A DNA stretch of 64,000 nucleotides from assembly GCA_964547735.1 (NCBI GenBank), contig CAZJOV010000001.1, positions 5,789 through 69,788 of the forward strand, given 5' to 3'. Below, piece by piece: positions 1-10,799 of the stretch. How positions within the stretch are numbered: position 1 is the first letter of the stretch; each line of letters begins with the position of its first letter. Origin of the DNA: an uncultured Planctomycetia bacterium. Its GTDB lineage: Bacteria; Omnitrophota; Gorgyraeia; Duberdicusellales; 4484-171. A model generated the notes under the pieces. That model did no database searches, was not told the DNA's origin, and worked only from the letters and a program-made list of their open reading frames with translations. Both the position numbers and the translations under genes were made by a program.

Positions 1-481
1 CCTCAACAATAACACCGTCAAGTTCATTTATCACCTTATGCACATTTTTCAATATTTTCTGATTTAATGCTAAGGAAAGAATTTCTCTTGATTCCCAATC
101 AACCCTTATCACCTGCTGGTGAGTAGCAACTACCCTTGTTTTTATTGTGGTAGGTCTTAACTTGTCTTTAATTACCAAATCGGTATTAATTTTCTTCCTT
201 TTAATTATCTCTATCAGTTTCTTTCCAAATTCATCATCACCTATTACCCCACATAAATATACTTTTGCTCCTAAAGAAACTAAATTATTGGCTACATTTA
301 CCGCTCCTCCCCCTAAAAAATTTTCTCTATTTGCCCACACAATCGGAACCGGTGCTTCAGGAGAAATTCTTTCTGCTTGTCCAAAAATATAATGGTCTAA
401 AATTAGGTCTCCAACAACAAGAACCTTTTTATCTTTAAATTTTTTAATCACCCTTTTTAGTTTTTCTTTTCTTACCTGCAT
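1..481 (-). CDS. hldE: D-beta-D-heptose 7-phosphate kinase (HldE/RfaE domain I, PfkB-family carbohydrate kinase). The N-terminal part is in the window. The C-terminus runs off the window start.
   Basis: Translating the reverse complement from 481 downwards gives MQVRKEKLKRVIKKFKDKKVLVVGDLILDHYIFGQAERISPEAPVPIVWANRENFLGGGAVNVANNLVSLGAKVYLCGVIGDDEFGKK... with no stop down to position 2. This is the typical RfaE kinase-domain N-terminus (VGD.ILD.Y..G...RISPEAPVPV, GGAANVA.N). Confidence 0.7.
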   Translation of the reverse strand, partial: MQVRKEKLKRVIKKFKDKKVLVVGDLILDHYIFGQAERISPEAPVPIVWANRENFLGGGAVNVANNLVSLGAKVYLCGVIGDDEFGKKLIEIIKRKKINTDLVIKDKLRPTTIKTRVVATHQQVIRVDWESREILSLALNQKILKNVHKVINELDGVIVE

Positions 482-578
482 TTAGGTTGTATTTTATCAC
501 AGAAAAAGGAAGGAGCAAATTAAAATTTATGTTGTAATTAACTTTAATAGATGTTAAAATTCTAACAGTAAAAGTCAA
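482..578. promoter_or_regulatory. AT-rich divergent intergenic region between hldE (-) and the tRNA-binding-protein gene (+). It probably carries both promoters.
   Basis: It is the only non-coding gap between two divergently oriented starts. It is AT-rich with TTGTAT/TATAAT-like hexamers. I could not pin down precise -35/-10 boxes. Confidence 0.3.
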
Positions 579-899
579 ATGATTAGCTTTGAGGAATTCT
601 CTAAATTGGATTTAAGAATTGGCAGGATTTTAGAGGTTCAAGATATTGAAGGAAAAGATAAATTATATCTTCTCAAAGTAGATATTGGTGAAGAAATAAT
701 CCAAGTTGTTGCCGGGATAAAAGCTTTTTATAAAAAGGAAGAGCTACTCAATAAATTAATTGTTGTCTTGGTCAATTTAGAACCTAAAAAAATCGCGGGG
801 ATAAACTCTTGCGGAATGCTTCTTGCAGCAGTAAAGAATGATAAATTAACTCTTATCGGCCCTTATCAAGAAATAGAGGCAGGAAGTAAGATTAGATAA
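579..899 (+). CDS. tRNA-binding domain protein (CsaA/EMAP-II/Myf-domain, YgjH-like)
   Basis: A 106-aa ORF. The motif LDLRIGRILEVQDIEGKDKLYLLKVDIGEE..IQVVAGI.......L....IVVLVNLEPKKIAGINSCGMLLA is characteristic of the OB-fold tRNA-binding domain of MetRS C-terminus and CsaA. Confidence 0.7.
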   Translation: MISFEEFSKLDLRIGRILEVQDIEGKDKLYLLKVDIGEEIIQVVAGIKAFYKKEELLNKLIVVLVNLEPKKIAGINSCGMLLAAVKNDKLTLIGPYQEIEAGSKIR

Positions 900-1235
900 T
901 AAATGAGGTATTTCTAAATTAAAATGTCCTGTCTGGGGATGGTTAAATAAGATGCTATCTAAAAAAATAAAATTATTTTCAAAATTAGCTCCCCGAATAG
1001 AAAGATCCTGCTGAATTCCAAAATCATTTCTTTTCTTTAAATCCAAGAAAGAAAAATATTCCAAGATCTCTTGAGGTTCCTGGAAAATAAAACTTTCTTT
1101 CTCTCTCTCAAAATAGAAACTTTTCTCTATCCTGATGGGAGGCAACTCAATCCATTGAGAAGAGTAAGCAGAGAAGAAGCAAGAAAATAATAAAACTCCT
1201 GCTGATACCCTTTTTAGAGGATTTATTCTCACCAA
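846..1235 (-). CDS. hypothetical secreted protein (N-terminal hydrophobic signal-like segment)
   Basis: A 129-aa ORF that continues the minus-strand operon downstream of birA with a 7-nt overlap. It overlaps the convergent CsaA 3' end by 54 nt. I recognise no similarity to known families. Confidence 0.35.
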   Translation of the reverse strand: MVRINPLKRVSAGVLLFSCFFSAYSSQWIELPPIRIEKSFYFEREKESFIFQEPQEILEYFSFLDLKKRNDFGIQQDLSIRGANFENNFIFLDSILFNHPQTGHFNLEIPHLLSNLTSCLYFLIRADKS

Positions 1236-2182
1236 AAAATTTTGAAATTCTGCTGAAAAATTTGTGGATGAGAAATCTTCTCTATCTTCCCATCATCTTT
1301 TTTAATAAGCAAGTATCCACACTTATCTAAAGCAAAAGCTTCTCCTTCAACTTTTTGATTACCAGAAATAGCCACTACTCTTCTGCCTAAGGTAACATTA
1401 AATCCTTTCCACTTCTCTAAAATAAGAAAACTTTCCTTTTTAAAAAGAACATAATTTCTCTCTGTGCTCTCAAGTATTTTTTTAAAAAAATCAACACGAT
1501 TTATCTTTCTTCCCAAAAACTCTTTTAAAGATATCCCACAGGAAGGTAGCTCTTTCCTCTCGTTATTTATATTAATCCCCGCACCGGCCACAATAAATAT
1601 AAATTCTCCTCTTTTATAACCTTCTATTAAAACTCCACCAACTTTTTTATCTGCTAACAATAAATCATTGGGCCATTTTATTCCCACTTTTATACCAAAA
1701 GCATCATCTATTGCCTCAGCTATACTTACCGATAAAAGCAAACTTATGAGGCTAAACTTATAAGAAACTTCTGGTTTAAGAATTAACGAAAAATAAATAC
1801 CTTTATAAGGAAAAGAAAGCCATCTTCTCCCCTCTCTCCCCCTCCCTTTGCTTTGACCTTCAGCAACTATTATTGTTCCCTCCCCTTCATAAAATTTTTC
1901 AAAGGCAATATCTTGAGTAGATTCTACATTTTCAAAATAATAAATTTTTCTTCCCAGAATCTGTGTACTTAAATTATATTTAATCTCCCAAGGAAACAAT
2001 CTATCCGGAGAAGATATCAAATAGTATCCTAAATAAGAATCTTCCTCAATTTGATAGCCTAAATTTTTTAGTTTTAATAAACACTCCTCTAATTGATTAA
2101 AAGAAATATTAAGTTGGGCGGTTAATCTTTGAGGGGGTATATATTTTTTTTCTTTTAATAACCTTAAGACTTCTCTCCACAT
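1229..2182 (-). CDS. birA: bifunctional biotin--[acetyl-CoA-carboxylase] ligase / biotin operon repressor
   Basis: N-terminal HTH followed by the BPL catalytic motif GRGRRGRRW, then a C-terminal domain. Length 317 aa. Confidence 0.85.
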   Translation of the reverse strand: MWREVLRLLKEKKYIPPQRLTAQLNISFNQLEECLLKLKNLGYQIEEDSYLGYYLISSPDRLFPWEIKYNLSTQILGRKIYYFENVESTQDIAFEKFYEGEGTIIVAEGQSKGRGREGRRWLSFPYKGIYFSLILKPEVSYKFSLISLLLSVSIAEAIDDAFGIKVGIKWPNDLLLADKKVGGVLIEGYKRGEFIFIVAGAGININNERKELPSCGISLKEFLGRKINRVDFFKKILESTERNYVLFKKESFLILEKWKGFNVTLGRRVVAISGNQKVEGEAFALDKCGYLLIKKDDGKIEKISHPQIFQQNFKIFW

Positions 2183-2901
2183 TATTGAGAGTTACAAAAT
2201 TTTTTTGCTTCCTCAAAATCTATCCTTCCTTCATATAGAGCTTTCCCCAAAATTACCCCTTTAATAAAAGAAGCTTCTTTTTTAATTAACTCTAAATCTC
2301 CTAAATCTTTAACCCCTCCTCCAATAACAAAAAAAATTTCTTTAAATGAAGATAATTTCTTTATTTTCTCAATATTTATCCCTTTAAGTGTGCCGTCTCT
2401 TAAAATATCTGTATAAATTACATGTTTTACGCCTTTCTCCTCCAAAAAATGAATAAATTCTAAATAATCAATCTCTGTTCTTTTCTTCCATCCCTCACAA
2501 CTTACTTTTTCTCCAGAAACATCAACGCTAACTGCTACTTTTTCTCCACATAAATTTATTACCTTCTTTAAAAACCTCTCCTCTAATGCTTTTGTCCCAA
2601 TCACCACTCTTTCTGCTCCCCAGGCAAGGAGCTTCTCAATCTTTCCTAAATCTCTTATGCCACCTGCCACCTGAGACTTAATTTTTAATTTAAGAATTTC
2701 CTCTATCACTTCTAAATTATTTCCTTCTCCCAAAGATGCATTTAAATCTACTATATGAATTAAGGAAGCTCCCCTCTCCTGCCACATTTTAGCAACCTCA
2801 CAAGGATTCTGGAAATATACTTTCTTTCTCTCCTTTCTCCCCTGATAGAGTCGCACTACTTTACCATCTAAAATATCAATTGCCGGAACAAGAAGCATCA
2901 A
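2182..2901 (-). CDS. hisA: 1-(5-phosphoribosyl)-5-[(5-phosphoribosylamino)methylideneamino]imidazole-4-carboxamide isomerase
   Basis: The N-terminus VPAIDILDGKVVRL.QG is the HisA/HisF TIM-barrel signature. It sits in a his gene context. Confidence 0.85.
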   Translation of the reverse strand: MMLLVPAIDILDGKVVRLYQGRKERKKVYFQNPCEVAKMWQERGASLIHIVDLNASLGEGNNLEVIEEILKLKIKSQVAGGIRDLGKIEKLLAWGAERVVIGTKALEERFLKKVINLCGEKVAVSVDVSGEKVSCEGWKKRTEIDYLEFIHFLEEKGVKHVIYTDILRDGTLKGINIEKIKKLSSFKEIFFVIGGGVKDLGDLELIKKEASFIKGVILGKALYEGRIDFEEAKKFCNSQ

Positions 2902-3479
2902 TCAAATTTTGCTTTTGTTGTGGGAAGGATAGAATCTTCTTTTTTAATTGCCTCCTTAAGAGCCAAAGCGATTGCTTTTGTTGATGCCTCCAGTATATGA
3001 TGCAAATCCTCTCCTTCCAGTATATCTAGATGAAGAGCAATCTTTGCGTTATCTGTAAATGCTTTCCAGAACTGTTTAAAGTGAAGAAATGAATAAGTAG
3101 CTTTATATACACGAATATTTTTTGGCTTAATTTTAAAAAAAGGCCTTCCTCCTAAATCTACTACACATCTGGTCAGTGTCTCATCCATACAAATGAAACT
3201 GTGAGAAAATCTCTTTATACCTCTTTTATCTCCCAAGGCTTCAAGGAATGCCCTGCCCAAACAAATCCCTATATCCTCATTAGTATGATGAACATCAACT
3301 TCAATATCTCCTCTTGCTTTCACTTCCAAATCAAACCTGCCATGTAAGGAAAAAGAGGAAAGTAGATGATTTAAGAAACCAACCCCTGTATCAATCTTAC
3401 AATTTCCTTTACCTTTTAAACTAAGAACTAACTTTATCTCTACCTCCTTGGTCTTTCTCTCTATTTTTACCTTTCTCAT
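2898..3479 (-). CDS. hisB: imidazoleglycerol-phosphate dehydratase
   Basis: ERKTKET.I...L.LDG.G...I.TGI.FLDHML and the HHT.ED.GI.LG motifs. Length 193 aa. Confidence 0.9.
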   Translation of the reverse strand: MRKVKIERKTKEVEIKLVLSLKGKGNCKIDTGVGFLNHLLSSFSLHGRFDLEVKARGDIEVDVHHTNEDIGICLGRAFLEALGDKRGIKRFSHSFICMDETLTRCVVDLGGRPFFKIKPKNIRVYKATYSFLHFKQFWKAFTDNAKIALHLDILEGEDLHHILEASTKAIALALKEAIKKEDSILPTTKAKFD

Positions 3480-4697
3480 TTAACTCAACCTCCTTTTAAC
3501 GCTCTCCATATGTTTCTTCATCCCTTCCAAAGAAGCTAATTTCAAAAGCGCTACTGATTCCTTTTGTAAGGCTTTTTTGGTATAACTTACAAAATGAATC
3601 TCTTTTAAAAAGTCCTCCACGCTTAATCCTGAAGAAAATCTGGCTGAACCTTGTGTGGGAAGAACGTGACTAGGCCCAGCAAGATAATCCCCCAAAGCGG
3701 TAGGAGTATTCTCCCCTAAAAATACCGCCCCTGCATTCTCGATTTTTTTAAGTAAAGACTTGGGATTTTTAGCAAAAATTTCAATGTGTTCAGGAGCAAT
3801 AATATTAGCCACCTTAACCGCCTCTTCCAAATTCCTTACTCTTACCACAAACCCATTCAATTTTTTCCTTCTCAGGCTATTGGCAATTTTTTTAGAAGTA
3901 GTCACCACCATAACTAAACCTTTATAATGCTCTGCCTGTGCTTCCAAATCAGAAAGGATATAATCTAAATTTGCGTTTTTAGAGGCAATAATTAAAACCT
4001 CAGATGGCCCCGCTAAAAGGTCTATATCCACCTCTCCAAAGACCTGTCTTTTCGCTTCTACTACATATTCGTTTCCTGGCCCAACAATTTTATCTACCTT
4101 TTTTATTGTCTTTGTCCCATAGGCCAAAACAGCAATAGCTTGTGCTCCTCCAATCTTATAAATCTCTTTTATCTTCAACATCGCCGCGGTAGCAAGAATA
4201 AAGGGATTAATTGATTTTTCTTTTGTTGGAGGAGAAACCAATACTATCTCTTTAACTCCGGCTACTTCTGCTGGAATTGCACACATATATACCGAAGAGA
4301 CTAAAGGAGCGCTTCCGGCAGGAACATATATCCCTATTCTTTTTAAAGGCACAAATTTTGTTCCCAAAACTTTCCCATCTTCTCTTTTTATTCTTATGGA
4401 TTTAGGAAGTAATGCCTTCTGAAACTTTGTAATATTTTCAATTGCTGTCTTTATGGCTGAGATTATTTCTGAATTCAACTCATTAAAAGCAGCACTAATC
4501 TCTGTCTCGCTCACTCTTAAATCTTTAATTTTCAGTTTCACCTTATCAAATCTTTGGGTGTATTCTATAACTGCCTCATCTCCCCTTTCTCTTACTTCTT
4601 TTAAAATTTTTGCTACCTGCTCTACTGTCTGTTTTCTTCTCTCACGTTTTTTGGCAATAATTCTTTCTAAGTTGGTTAAATTTTTTAAGATCTGCAT
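3480..4697 (-). CDS. hisD: histidinol dehydrogenase
   Basis: 405 aa. Conserved HisD blocks are present (GIYVPGG.APL.SSVLM, AGPSEVL, EHLE). Confidence 0.9.
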   Translation of the reverse strand: MQILKNLTNLERIIAKKRERRKQTVEQVAKILKEVRERGDEAVIEYTQRFDKVKLKIKDLRVSETEISAAFNELNSEIISAIKTAIENITKFQKALLPKSIRIKREDGKVLGTKFVPLKRIGIYVPAGSAPLVSSVYMCAIPAEVAGVKEIVLVSPPTKEKSINPFILATAAMLKIKEIYKIGGAQAIAVLAYGTKTIKKVDKIVGPGNEYVVEAKRQVFGEVDIDLLAGPSEVLIIASKNANLDYILSDLEAQAEHYKGLVMVVTTSKKIANSLRRKKLNGFVVRVRNLEEAVKVANIIAPEHIEIFAKNPKSLLKKIENAGAVFLGENTPTALGDYLAGPSHVLPTQGSARFSSGLSVEDFLKEIHFVSYTKKALQKESVALLKLASLEGMKKHMESVKRRLS

Positions 4698-7303
4698 TTT
4701 TTAAGAAAATCCTTAAGAGATTCTTTTATCTCTGTTTTATAAAAGACAATATCCTCTATCTTTTTTATAATGACCCCTTGGGAAAGATGGGATTTGCCTC
4801 CCCCTCTTAGATTGAGTTTCTCCTTATATTGAGAGATAAATTTCTGGGCAGAAAATCCTTTTTCTACTAAATCGGGGGTTACAGAAAAAATAAAAACATT
4901 ACCTCGGGAAGTAGAATTTATCAAAAAGAATAAGGATTTTTTCTGCCGTTCCCTTAAAGTATCGCTTAAAAGAAAAAGATAATCGATATTCTTCCCCGCC
5001 AGCCATAGGTACAAAAAGCCAATCTCACCTTCTCCCAGAGGCTCAAGGTGCTTCTCCAAAAATTTATCTGCCTCATAAGAAACCAAAGTTTTTTCTAAAC
5101 TTTTCATTTTTTTCTTTGTTTCTTCCAAATCCTTACAAATTTCATTTATCTTGGAGAAAATATCTCTCTCTTTAATATTAAATAATTTGGCTATCTCTTT
5201 TAGGGTATATTTATAGGAAAATACTGACTCTTGAGCAAACCTCCCCACCACAGCTTCTATTCTTCTTACCCCACTGCTTACAGAAGATTCTGAAGTTATA
5301 GAAAATAAAGCTATCTTATTGGTATTATCTACATGTGTCCCACCACATAGCTCTTTACTGTAATCAGAAATACTTACTACTCTTACCTGATCTTCGTATT
5401 TCTCCTCAAAAAAAGCCAAAGCTTTTTCTTTTTTTGCTTCCTTAAAAGGAACAATTTTTGTCTCTACTTTATCGCCTCGTAAAATAAACTCATTAACTAA
5501 TTTTTCAACCTTTTCCAATTCATCTTCTTTTAATGCCTGAAAATGAGAAAAATCAAATCTTAATCTATCAGTATCTACTAAAGAACCCTGTTGAGTCACA
5601 TGAGTTCCTAATACTTTTCTTAATGCTGTCTGCAGAAGATGGGTTGCGGTATGTGCTCTTTTAAGGGCCTCTCTTCTATCTTTATTCACAACAAGAAAAG
5701 CTTTATCTTTGCTAATTTTCCCTTTCTTTACTTTCCCTTTATGAAGAATCGTCTCATTAATCTTTTCTACCTTCTCTACCTCAAATACTCCCTCCCTAGT
5801 TTTAATCTCCCCCCGATCGGAAAGCTGACCTCCTGATTCAGGATAGAATACTGTTCTCTCCAGAATAACTACTCCTTCCTCATTCTCCTCCAAAACATCT
5901 TTTTCCTGATTATCTTTTGCTAATTTGATAATCTCTGCCTCCAAGGTAAATTGATCGTATCCTACAAATTCTGTTTTTACCCCCCAAGAGGAGGAAAAAG
6001 AAAATATCTCCTTGGCGATTTTACTTTTTTCTTGAGAAAGAAGACGTCTTTCCTCCAGCTGCTTTTCAAATCCTTCCTCATCTATCTTCACATTTTCCAG
6101 AGATGCTAACTCTTTTATAATCTCTAAAGGAACACCATAAGTATCATAAAGTTTAAATACATCTTCTCCTTTTATTACTTTATCTTTATTTAGATTCTCT
6201 AACAGTACAGTAAATCTCGCCTTACCTTCCTCAAGAACAACCAAGAATCTTTCCTCTTCAGCTAAAATAACTGAAGCTATATCTTCTTTTTTATCTTCAA
6301 CCTCAGGATAAGCATCTTTCATTAAATCTGCATAAAGAGAAACTAATTTATAAAGAAAAGGCTTTCTTTTCCCTAATCTAAATCCATAATATAAAGCTTT
6401 GCGAATAAGCTTTCTTATTATGTAACCCCTTTCCTCATTAGAAGGAAAAACACCATCACAAATAGCAAAAGTAACTGCACGAACGTGATCTGCAATTGCA
6501 TAGATAAAAGATAAATTTTGTGAAGATAATAGTTCCTGAATAAACTCTACTACCGGATGAAAAATATCAATCTGGAAATTGTTTTCTTTATTTTGAAGAA
6601 CAGAGGCGATTCTCTCCAGTCCCATTCCTGTATCAATGTTCTTCTGAATTAAGGGAACCAGCCTACCCTTTTGATAATTAAATTGGGTAAAAACTAAATT
6701 CCAAACTTCAACAAAACGACCACAGGAACAGGCAGGTGAACAATTCTTCCTTCTGCATCCATAACTCTCTCCTTTATCAAAAAAAATCTCTGAGCAAGGA
6801 CCGCAGGGACCTTCAGGGCCTCTAAGGGGAGCATTTGCCGGCCAAAAGTTTTTATCCATCCCTAATTTAACTATTTTTTCTCTAGATACACCAATATAAT
6901 CTTTCCATAAAGAAAAAGCCTCCTCATCATCTTGGTATACAGAAATCCATAAACGCTCCTGAGGCAAATTTAAAACCTTTGTAAGAAATTCCCAGGCAAA
7001 TTCTATAGCCTCTTTTTTGAAATAATCACCAAAAGAAAAATTCCCCAACATCTCAAAAAAAGTATGATGGAAAGGGGTTCTGCCCACCTCTCTTAAATCA
7101 TCAGTGCGCAAACACTTCTGACAGCTGGCAGCTCTTTTTACCCCTTTCTTCTCTCCCAAAAAGTAAGGTTTAAACTGCTGCATTCCTGCAGAAGTAAAAA
7201 GAGAACTTTTCTCCTGAGGAACTAAAGAATCGGAAGGAAAAATTTTATGGTTTTTTTCTTTAAAAAAATTTAAAAAACTTTCTCTAATCCTGGCTGTCTT
7301 CAT
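4685..7303 (-). CDS. alaS: alanine--tRNA ligase
   Basis: 872 aa. It has the class II AlaRS N-terminal catalytic core (FTSAGM, PSDSLVP), the editing-domain HxxxH/CGGTH motif and a C-terminal DHHA1-like region. Confidence 0.95.
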   Translation of the reverse strand: MKTARIRESFLNFFKEKNHKIFPSDSLVPQEKSSLFTSAGMQQFKPYFLGEKKGVKRAASCQKCLRTDDLREVGRTPFHHTFFEMLGNFSFGDYFKKEAIEFAWEFLTKVLNLPQERLWISVYQDDEEAFSLWKDYIGVSREKIVKLGMDKNFWPANAPLRGPEGPCGPCSEIFFDKGESYGCRRKNCSPACSCGRFVEVWNLVFTQFNYQKGRLVPLIQKNIDTGMGLERIASVLQNKENNFQIDIFHPVVEFIQELLSSQNLSFIYAIADHVRAVTFAICDGVFPSNEERGYIIRKLIRKALYYGFRLGKRKPFLYKLVSLYADLMKDAYPEVEDKKEDIASVILAEEERFLVVLEEGKARFTVLLENLNKDKVIKGEDVFKLYDTYGVPLEIIKELASLENVKIDEEGFEKQLEERRLLSQEKSKIAKEIFSFSSSWGVKTEFVGYDQFTLEAEIIKLAKDNQEKDVLEENEEGVVILERTVFYPESGGQLSDRGEIKTREGVFEVEKVEKINETILHKGKVKKGKISKDKAFLVVNKDRREALKRAHTATHLLQTALRKVLGTHVTQQGSLVDTDRLRFDFSHFQALKEDELEKVEKLVNEFILRGDKVETKIVPFKEAKKEKALAFFEEKYEDQVRVVSISDYSKELCGGTHVDNTNKIALFSITSESSVSSGVRRIEAVVGRFAQESVFSYKYTLKEIAKLFNIKERDIFSKINEICKDLEETKKKMKSLEKTLVSYEADKFLEKHLEPLGEGEIGFLYLWLAGKNIDYLFLLSDTLRERQKKSLFFLINSTSRGNVFIFSVTPDLVEKGFSAQKFISQYKEKLNLRGGGKSHLSQGVIIKKIEDIVFYKTEIKESLKDFLKKCRS

Positions 7304-7724
7304 AGGCTTTCTCTATCTGAGAATAACTAAATCCATGCTCAAAAAGATAACGAAAAATTTTTTCTTTTGTTTTCTTCTTTTTAAGTCGAGCAATTAATTC
7401 TTTAAGAATCTTTTGTGTATCTATTTTCTCTTCCACTTGTGCAATTGCTTCTTCAATCAGTGAAGGCTCTATCCCTAATCTTCTTAATTGAAAAGAAATA
7501 ACTTTCTTTCCGAAACCATGAGAAAATTTCTCTTCTGCATATTTTAAAGCGAACCTTTTATCATCTATTAGACTGTTTTTTTTAAGATACTGAATAACTT
7601 CTTCAATTACAGAAGAAGAAAATTTTTTCCTTCTTAACCGTATCTCCATCTCCCTATTACTTCTTTCTCTATATTTTAAAAGTAGAAAAGAATAACGCAA
7701 AGCTTTATGGAATTCCTCTTTCAA
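7284..7724 (-). CDS. recX: recombination regulator RecX
   Basis: 146 aa with a three-repeat helical RecX pattern (ALRYL..RERS..EL..KL). It lies immediately downstream of recA and htrA. Confidence 0.7.
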   Translation of the reverse strand: MKEEFHKALRYSFLLLKYRERSNREMEIRLRRKKFSSSVIEEVIQYLKKNSLIDDKRFALKYAEEKFSHGFGKKVISFQLRRLGIEPSLIEEAIAQVEEKIDTQKILKELIARLKKKKTKEKIFRYLFEHGFSYSQIEKAYEDSQD

Positions 7725-9122
7725 TTATTTTTCTTTAATAACAAAATACCCTCTATTTGTCTTAATCAAACAATTCCCTTTCACCTTAGAAGTTATTCTC
7801 TTAAAATCTTCCTTATCTTTTACTCTTTCTCCTTCCACTTTTAAAATTACATCTCCTATCTCAAGACCACTCTTTTCTGCGGGGGAATCGGATTCAATAT
7901 CCACTATCACAACGCCTCCATTTTCTTCAATTTTATATTTTCTTTTAAGATAAGGAGTCAAATCTTCCACTTTTAACCCTCTAAATTCATATCCTTCCTC
8001 TTCATAATATGTTAATTTTTCTATATCTTCGGGTCTTTTTCCTACTTTTACTCTAATCTCTCGTTTTCTCCCCGAACGCAAGATAGTCAAAGTAATAACC
8101 TCTCCTACTGGAGTTGCCGTCACCATTCTTACCAGTTCCCGAGAAGCTTTAATTTTTTGATGGTTAAATTCTAAGATTAAATCACCCTCTTTTATTCCTG
8201 CTTTCTGAGCAGGAGATTTTTTAAAGACTTTAACCACAATCACCCCTTTTCTTTCTTTTATCCCAAAATAACTTCGTAAGTCCTCATTTAAATCTTGAAT
8301 GCTTATCCCCAACCATCCATAAAGAATCTTCTCTCCTCGAATAAGCCTTCCTAAAACTCTCTTTGCTTTATTTATAGGGATGGCAAATCCTATCCCCTCA
8401 TATCCTCCACTGGTAGTAATAATGGCTACATTTATTCCAATAATTTTACCATTCAAATCTACAAGAGGTCCGCCACTATTTCCCGGGTTTATCGCTGCAT
8501 CTGTTTGAATCAAATCATCATATGTGCGTTCTCTTCTTCTTAAGCGAGGAAGATATCTGTGTAAAGCACTAATTACTCCTACCGTAACTGTAGGCTCGGG
8601 GTTCTCAATAGCAAACCCGAAAGGATTCCCTATAGCTAAAACCCACTGACCGATCTTAAGATTATCGGAATCTCCCAGCTCCGCTACAGGAAGATTGTGA
8701 GCATCTATCTTTATCACTGCCAAATCAGTCCTTTTGTCTATCCCTTTAAGTTTAGCATTAAACTCTCTTCCATCAGATAACTTAACTTTAATCTGTGTTG
8801 CTCCTCTGACGACATGTTCATTAGTAAGAATGTATCCTTCTCTATCAATAATTACCCCGCTTCCTAAACCCACTCTTTTATATTCTCGCTCCGGAAACTC
8901 TCCAAAAAATTCCTCAAAAAAACGACGAAAGAACTCATCCTCAAAAGGAGATTCAAATCTCCACCCTCCAATTTTTTCTTTCACTACTGTACTTATAGAT
9001 ACCACTGCTTTCCCTACTTTCTCAGCAACATTAATAGTTGCTTTCTCCAAATTTTCTATCCCTTGAGCAGAAGCGGAAAAAATAAAAAAACAACTCAACC
9101 ACATAAAAATACACTTTTTCAT
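7725..9122 (-). CDS. htrA: periplasmic serine endoprotease DegP/HtrA (trypsin domain plus 2 PDZ domains)
   Basis: Signal peptide, catalytic GNSGGPL motif, His (TNEHVV) and Asp (DLAVIK) triad residues, and two PDZ repeats. Confidence 0.9.
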   Translation of the reverse strand: MKKCIFMWLSCFFIFSASAQGIENLEKATINVAEKVGKAVVSISTVVKEKIGGWRFESPFEDEFFRRFFEEFFGEFPEREYKRVGLGSGVIIDREGYILTNEHVVRGATQIKVKLSDGREFNAKLKGIDKRTDLAVIKIDAHNLPVAELGDSDNLKIGQWVLAIGNPFGFAIENPEPTVTVGVISALHRYLPRLRRRERTYDDLIQTDAAINPGNSGGPLVDLNGKIIGINVAIITTSGGYEGIGFAIPINKAKRVLGRLIRGEKILYGWLGISIQDLNEDLRSYFGIKERKGVIVVKVFKKSPAQKAGIKEGDLILEFNHQKIKASRELVRMVTATPVGEVITLTILRSGRKREIRVKVGKRPEDIEKLTYYEEEGYEFRGLKVEDLTPYLKRKYKIEENGGVVIVDIESDSPAEKSGLEIGDVILKVEGERVKDKEDFKRITSKVKGNCLIKTNRGYFVIKEK

Positions 9123-9131
9123 CTTTCCTCC

Positions 9132-10136
9132 TTACTTTATTAAGGAAAACACTTCTTTCTCTATCTCCTCCTTAAGTTTCATATCCTCTTTTAAGACTCT
9201 TCTTAAGGACTCCTTTCCTTGAGCCAAATTTTTATCTTTGTAGGAGAACCAACTCCCACTTTTTTTAATTATTCCGCTCTCCAATGCGGCATCAATTAAG
9301 GAAGTCTCATAAGAAATCCCTTCATCATATCTAATCTCAAAAACAGCTTCTTTAAAAGGAGGGGCGACTTTATTTTTTACTATCTTTGCTTTTATCCTTG
9401 CTCCTATTACTTTTCCTGAAGAATCTGTTATCGTAGCTATTTTACGCAAATCAATCCTTACCGAAGAATAAAATTTTAAAGCCCGACCTCCGGGAGTAAC
9501 CTCAGGAGAACCAAACATTACCCCAATCTTCTCCCTTATCTGGTTAATAAATATCACACAAGTCTTTGATTTACTTATTGCAGCAGTAAGTTTTCTTAAT
9601 GCCTGAGACATAAGACGCGCCTGAAGACCAATCTGAGCCTCCCCCATCTCTCCCTCAATCTCTGCACGCGGTGTCAATGCAGCAACTGAATCAATCACTA
9701 CTACATCCACAGCATTACTCCTTACCAGAGTTTCCACAATTTCTAAAGCCTGTTCTCCAGTATCCGGCTGAGAAACCAATAATTCATCTAAATTTATTCC
9801 TATAGTCTTTGCATAAGCAGGATCAAAGGCATGTTCGGCATCAACGAAAGCAGCTATCCCTTTATTTTTCTGCGCCTGGGCAATAATATTTAAAGTCAAA
9901 GTAGTCTTTCCACTCGACTCGGGGCCAAATACCTCAATTACTCTTCCACGAGGAAGCCCTCCTACTCCCAAAGCTTTATCCAGAAGAATAATCCCTGTAG
10001 AAATCGCCTCCACATCTAATCGTGTTGCTTCACCTAATCTCATTATTGCGCCCTTACCAAATTGTTTCTCTATCTGAGTAATCGCCAACTCTAAAGCTTT
10101 TTTCTTTGCTTCCCAATTATTCTTATTTTTCTCCAT
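9132..10136 (-). CDS. recA: recombinase RecA
   Basis: Walker [10 protein letters not shown]. The RecA signature [14 protein letters not shown] is present. Length 334 aa. Confidence 0.97.
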   Translation of the reverse strand: MEKNKNNWEAKKKALELAITQIEKQFGKGAIMRLGEATRLDVEAISTGIILLDKALGVGGLPRGRVIEVFGPESSGKTTLTLNIIAQAQKNKGIAAFVDAEHAFDPAYAKTIGINLDELLVSQPDTGEQALEIVETLVRSNAVDVVVIDSVAALTPRAEIEGEMGEAQIGLQARLMSQALRKLTAAISKSKTCVIFINQIREKIGVMFGSPEVTPGGRALKFYSSVRIDLRKIATITDSSGKVIGARIKAKIVKNKVAPPFKEAVFEIRYDEGISYETSLIDAALESGIIKKSGSWFSYKDKNLAQGKESLRRVLKEDMKLKEEIEKEVFSLIK

Positions 10137-10199
10137 AATAATACCTCCCTTATTTTCCTTATTTTAAGTATTTTAATTATAATCTTAGCCGGAAAATTG

Positions 10200-10799
10200 T
10201 CAAAGCCTAAACTCTCTCCTTTTCATTAATCTTAAAATATTACTTCTATGCCTTAAAAGGATAAGGACAAAAATAAGAAAGGAAAAAGACTTAATCCCGT
10301 AAGGTAACCTGAAAAATAATGTAGAGACAAAAAAGGAAAAACTAGCCAGAAGAGAAGCTAAAGAGATAAAATGAAATCGAAAAAATACTACTCCCCAAAC
10401 CAGCAAGGCTATCAATAAAGGAAATAAAAGAAAAAAATACTTAAAAATTAACCCACAAATTGCTCCTAAGCTGGTAGAAACTCCTTTTCCTCCTTTAAAT
10501 TTTAAAAATATAGAGAAACTATGGCCACAAACAACCAAAATCGCACTAATCAGATAGATTCCTTCTTGAGAAGAGGGGTAAATAAGTAGAGTCAGATATA
10601 TCGCTAAAAATCCTTTTATAAAATCTAAAAAAAACACCAAAATTCCCCATTTTTTCCCTATTACTCTGGCGACATTGGTAGCTCCAATGTTTCCAGAACC
10701 AAATTTTCTTATATCTACATTTCTTACCACCTTTGCTATCCAGTAACCAAAAGGCAGACTTCCCAAAAGATAAGCAAGAAGAAAAACAAAAATAATCAT
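10200..10799 (-). CDS. plsY: glycerol-3-phosphate acyltransferase PlsY (acyl-phosphate dependent)
   Basis: LLGSLPFGYWIAK...D.RK.GSGNIGATNV.R..G matches the PlsY N-terminus. I trimmed the start to the internal Met (MIIFVF...) because the longer ORF would overlap pgsA by 80 nt. Confidence 0.85.
   Translation of the reverse strand: MIIFVFLLAYLLGSLPFGYWIAKVVRNVDIRKFGSGNIGATNVARVIGKKWGILVFFLDFIKGFLAIYLTLLIYPSSQEGIYLISAILVVCGHSFSIFLKFKGGKGVSTSLGAICGLIFKYFFLLFPLLIALLVWGVVFFRFHFISLASLLASFSFFVSTLFFRLPYGIKSFSFLIFVLILLRHRSNILRLMKRREFRL

Noticed and set aside
4453-4704. 83-aa plus-strand ORF
   Set aside because: It lies entirely antisense inside hisD, is low-complexity (Ser/Leu/Phe-rich) and has no recognisable family. 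It is a typical antisense artefact in AT-rich DNA.
8734-9066. 110-aa plus-strand ORF
   Set aside because: It is antisense within htrA and is a Ser/Pro/Leu-rich shadow ORF. The sense-strand HtrA homology is unambiguous.
10136-10200. possible terminator/promoter in the only sizeable gap of the 21-kb minus-strand run
   Set aside because: It is a 63-nt AT-rich gap between recA and plsY. I saw no convincing GC-rich hairpin followed by a T-tract, so no terminator is called.
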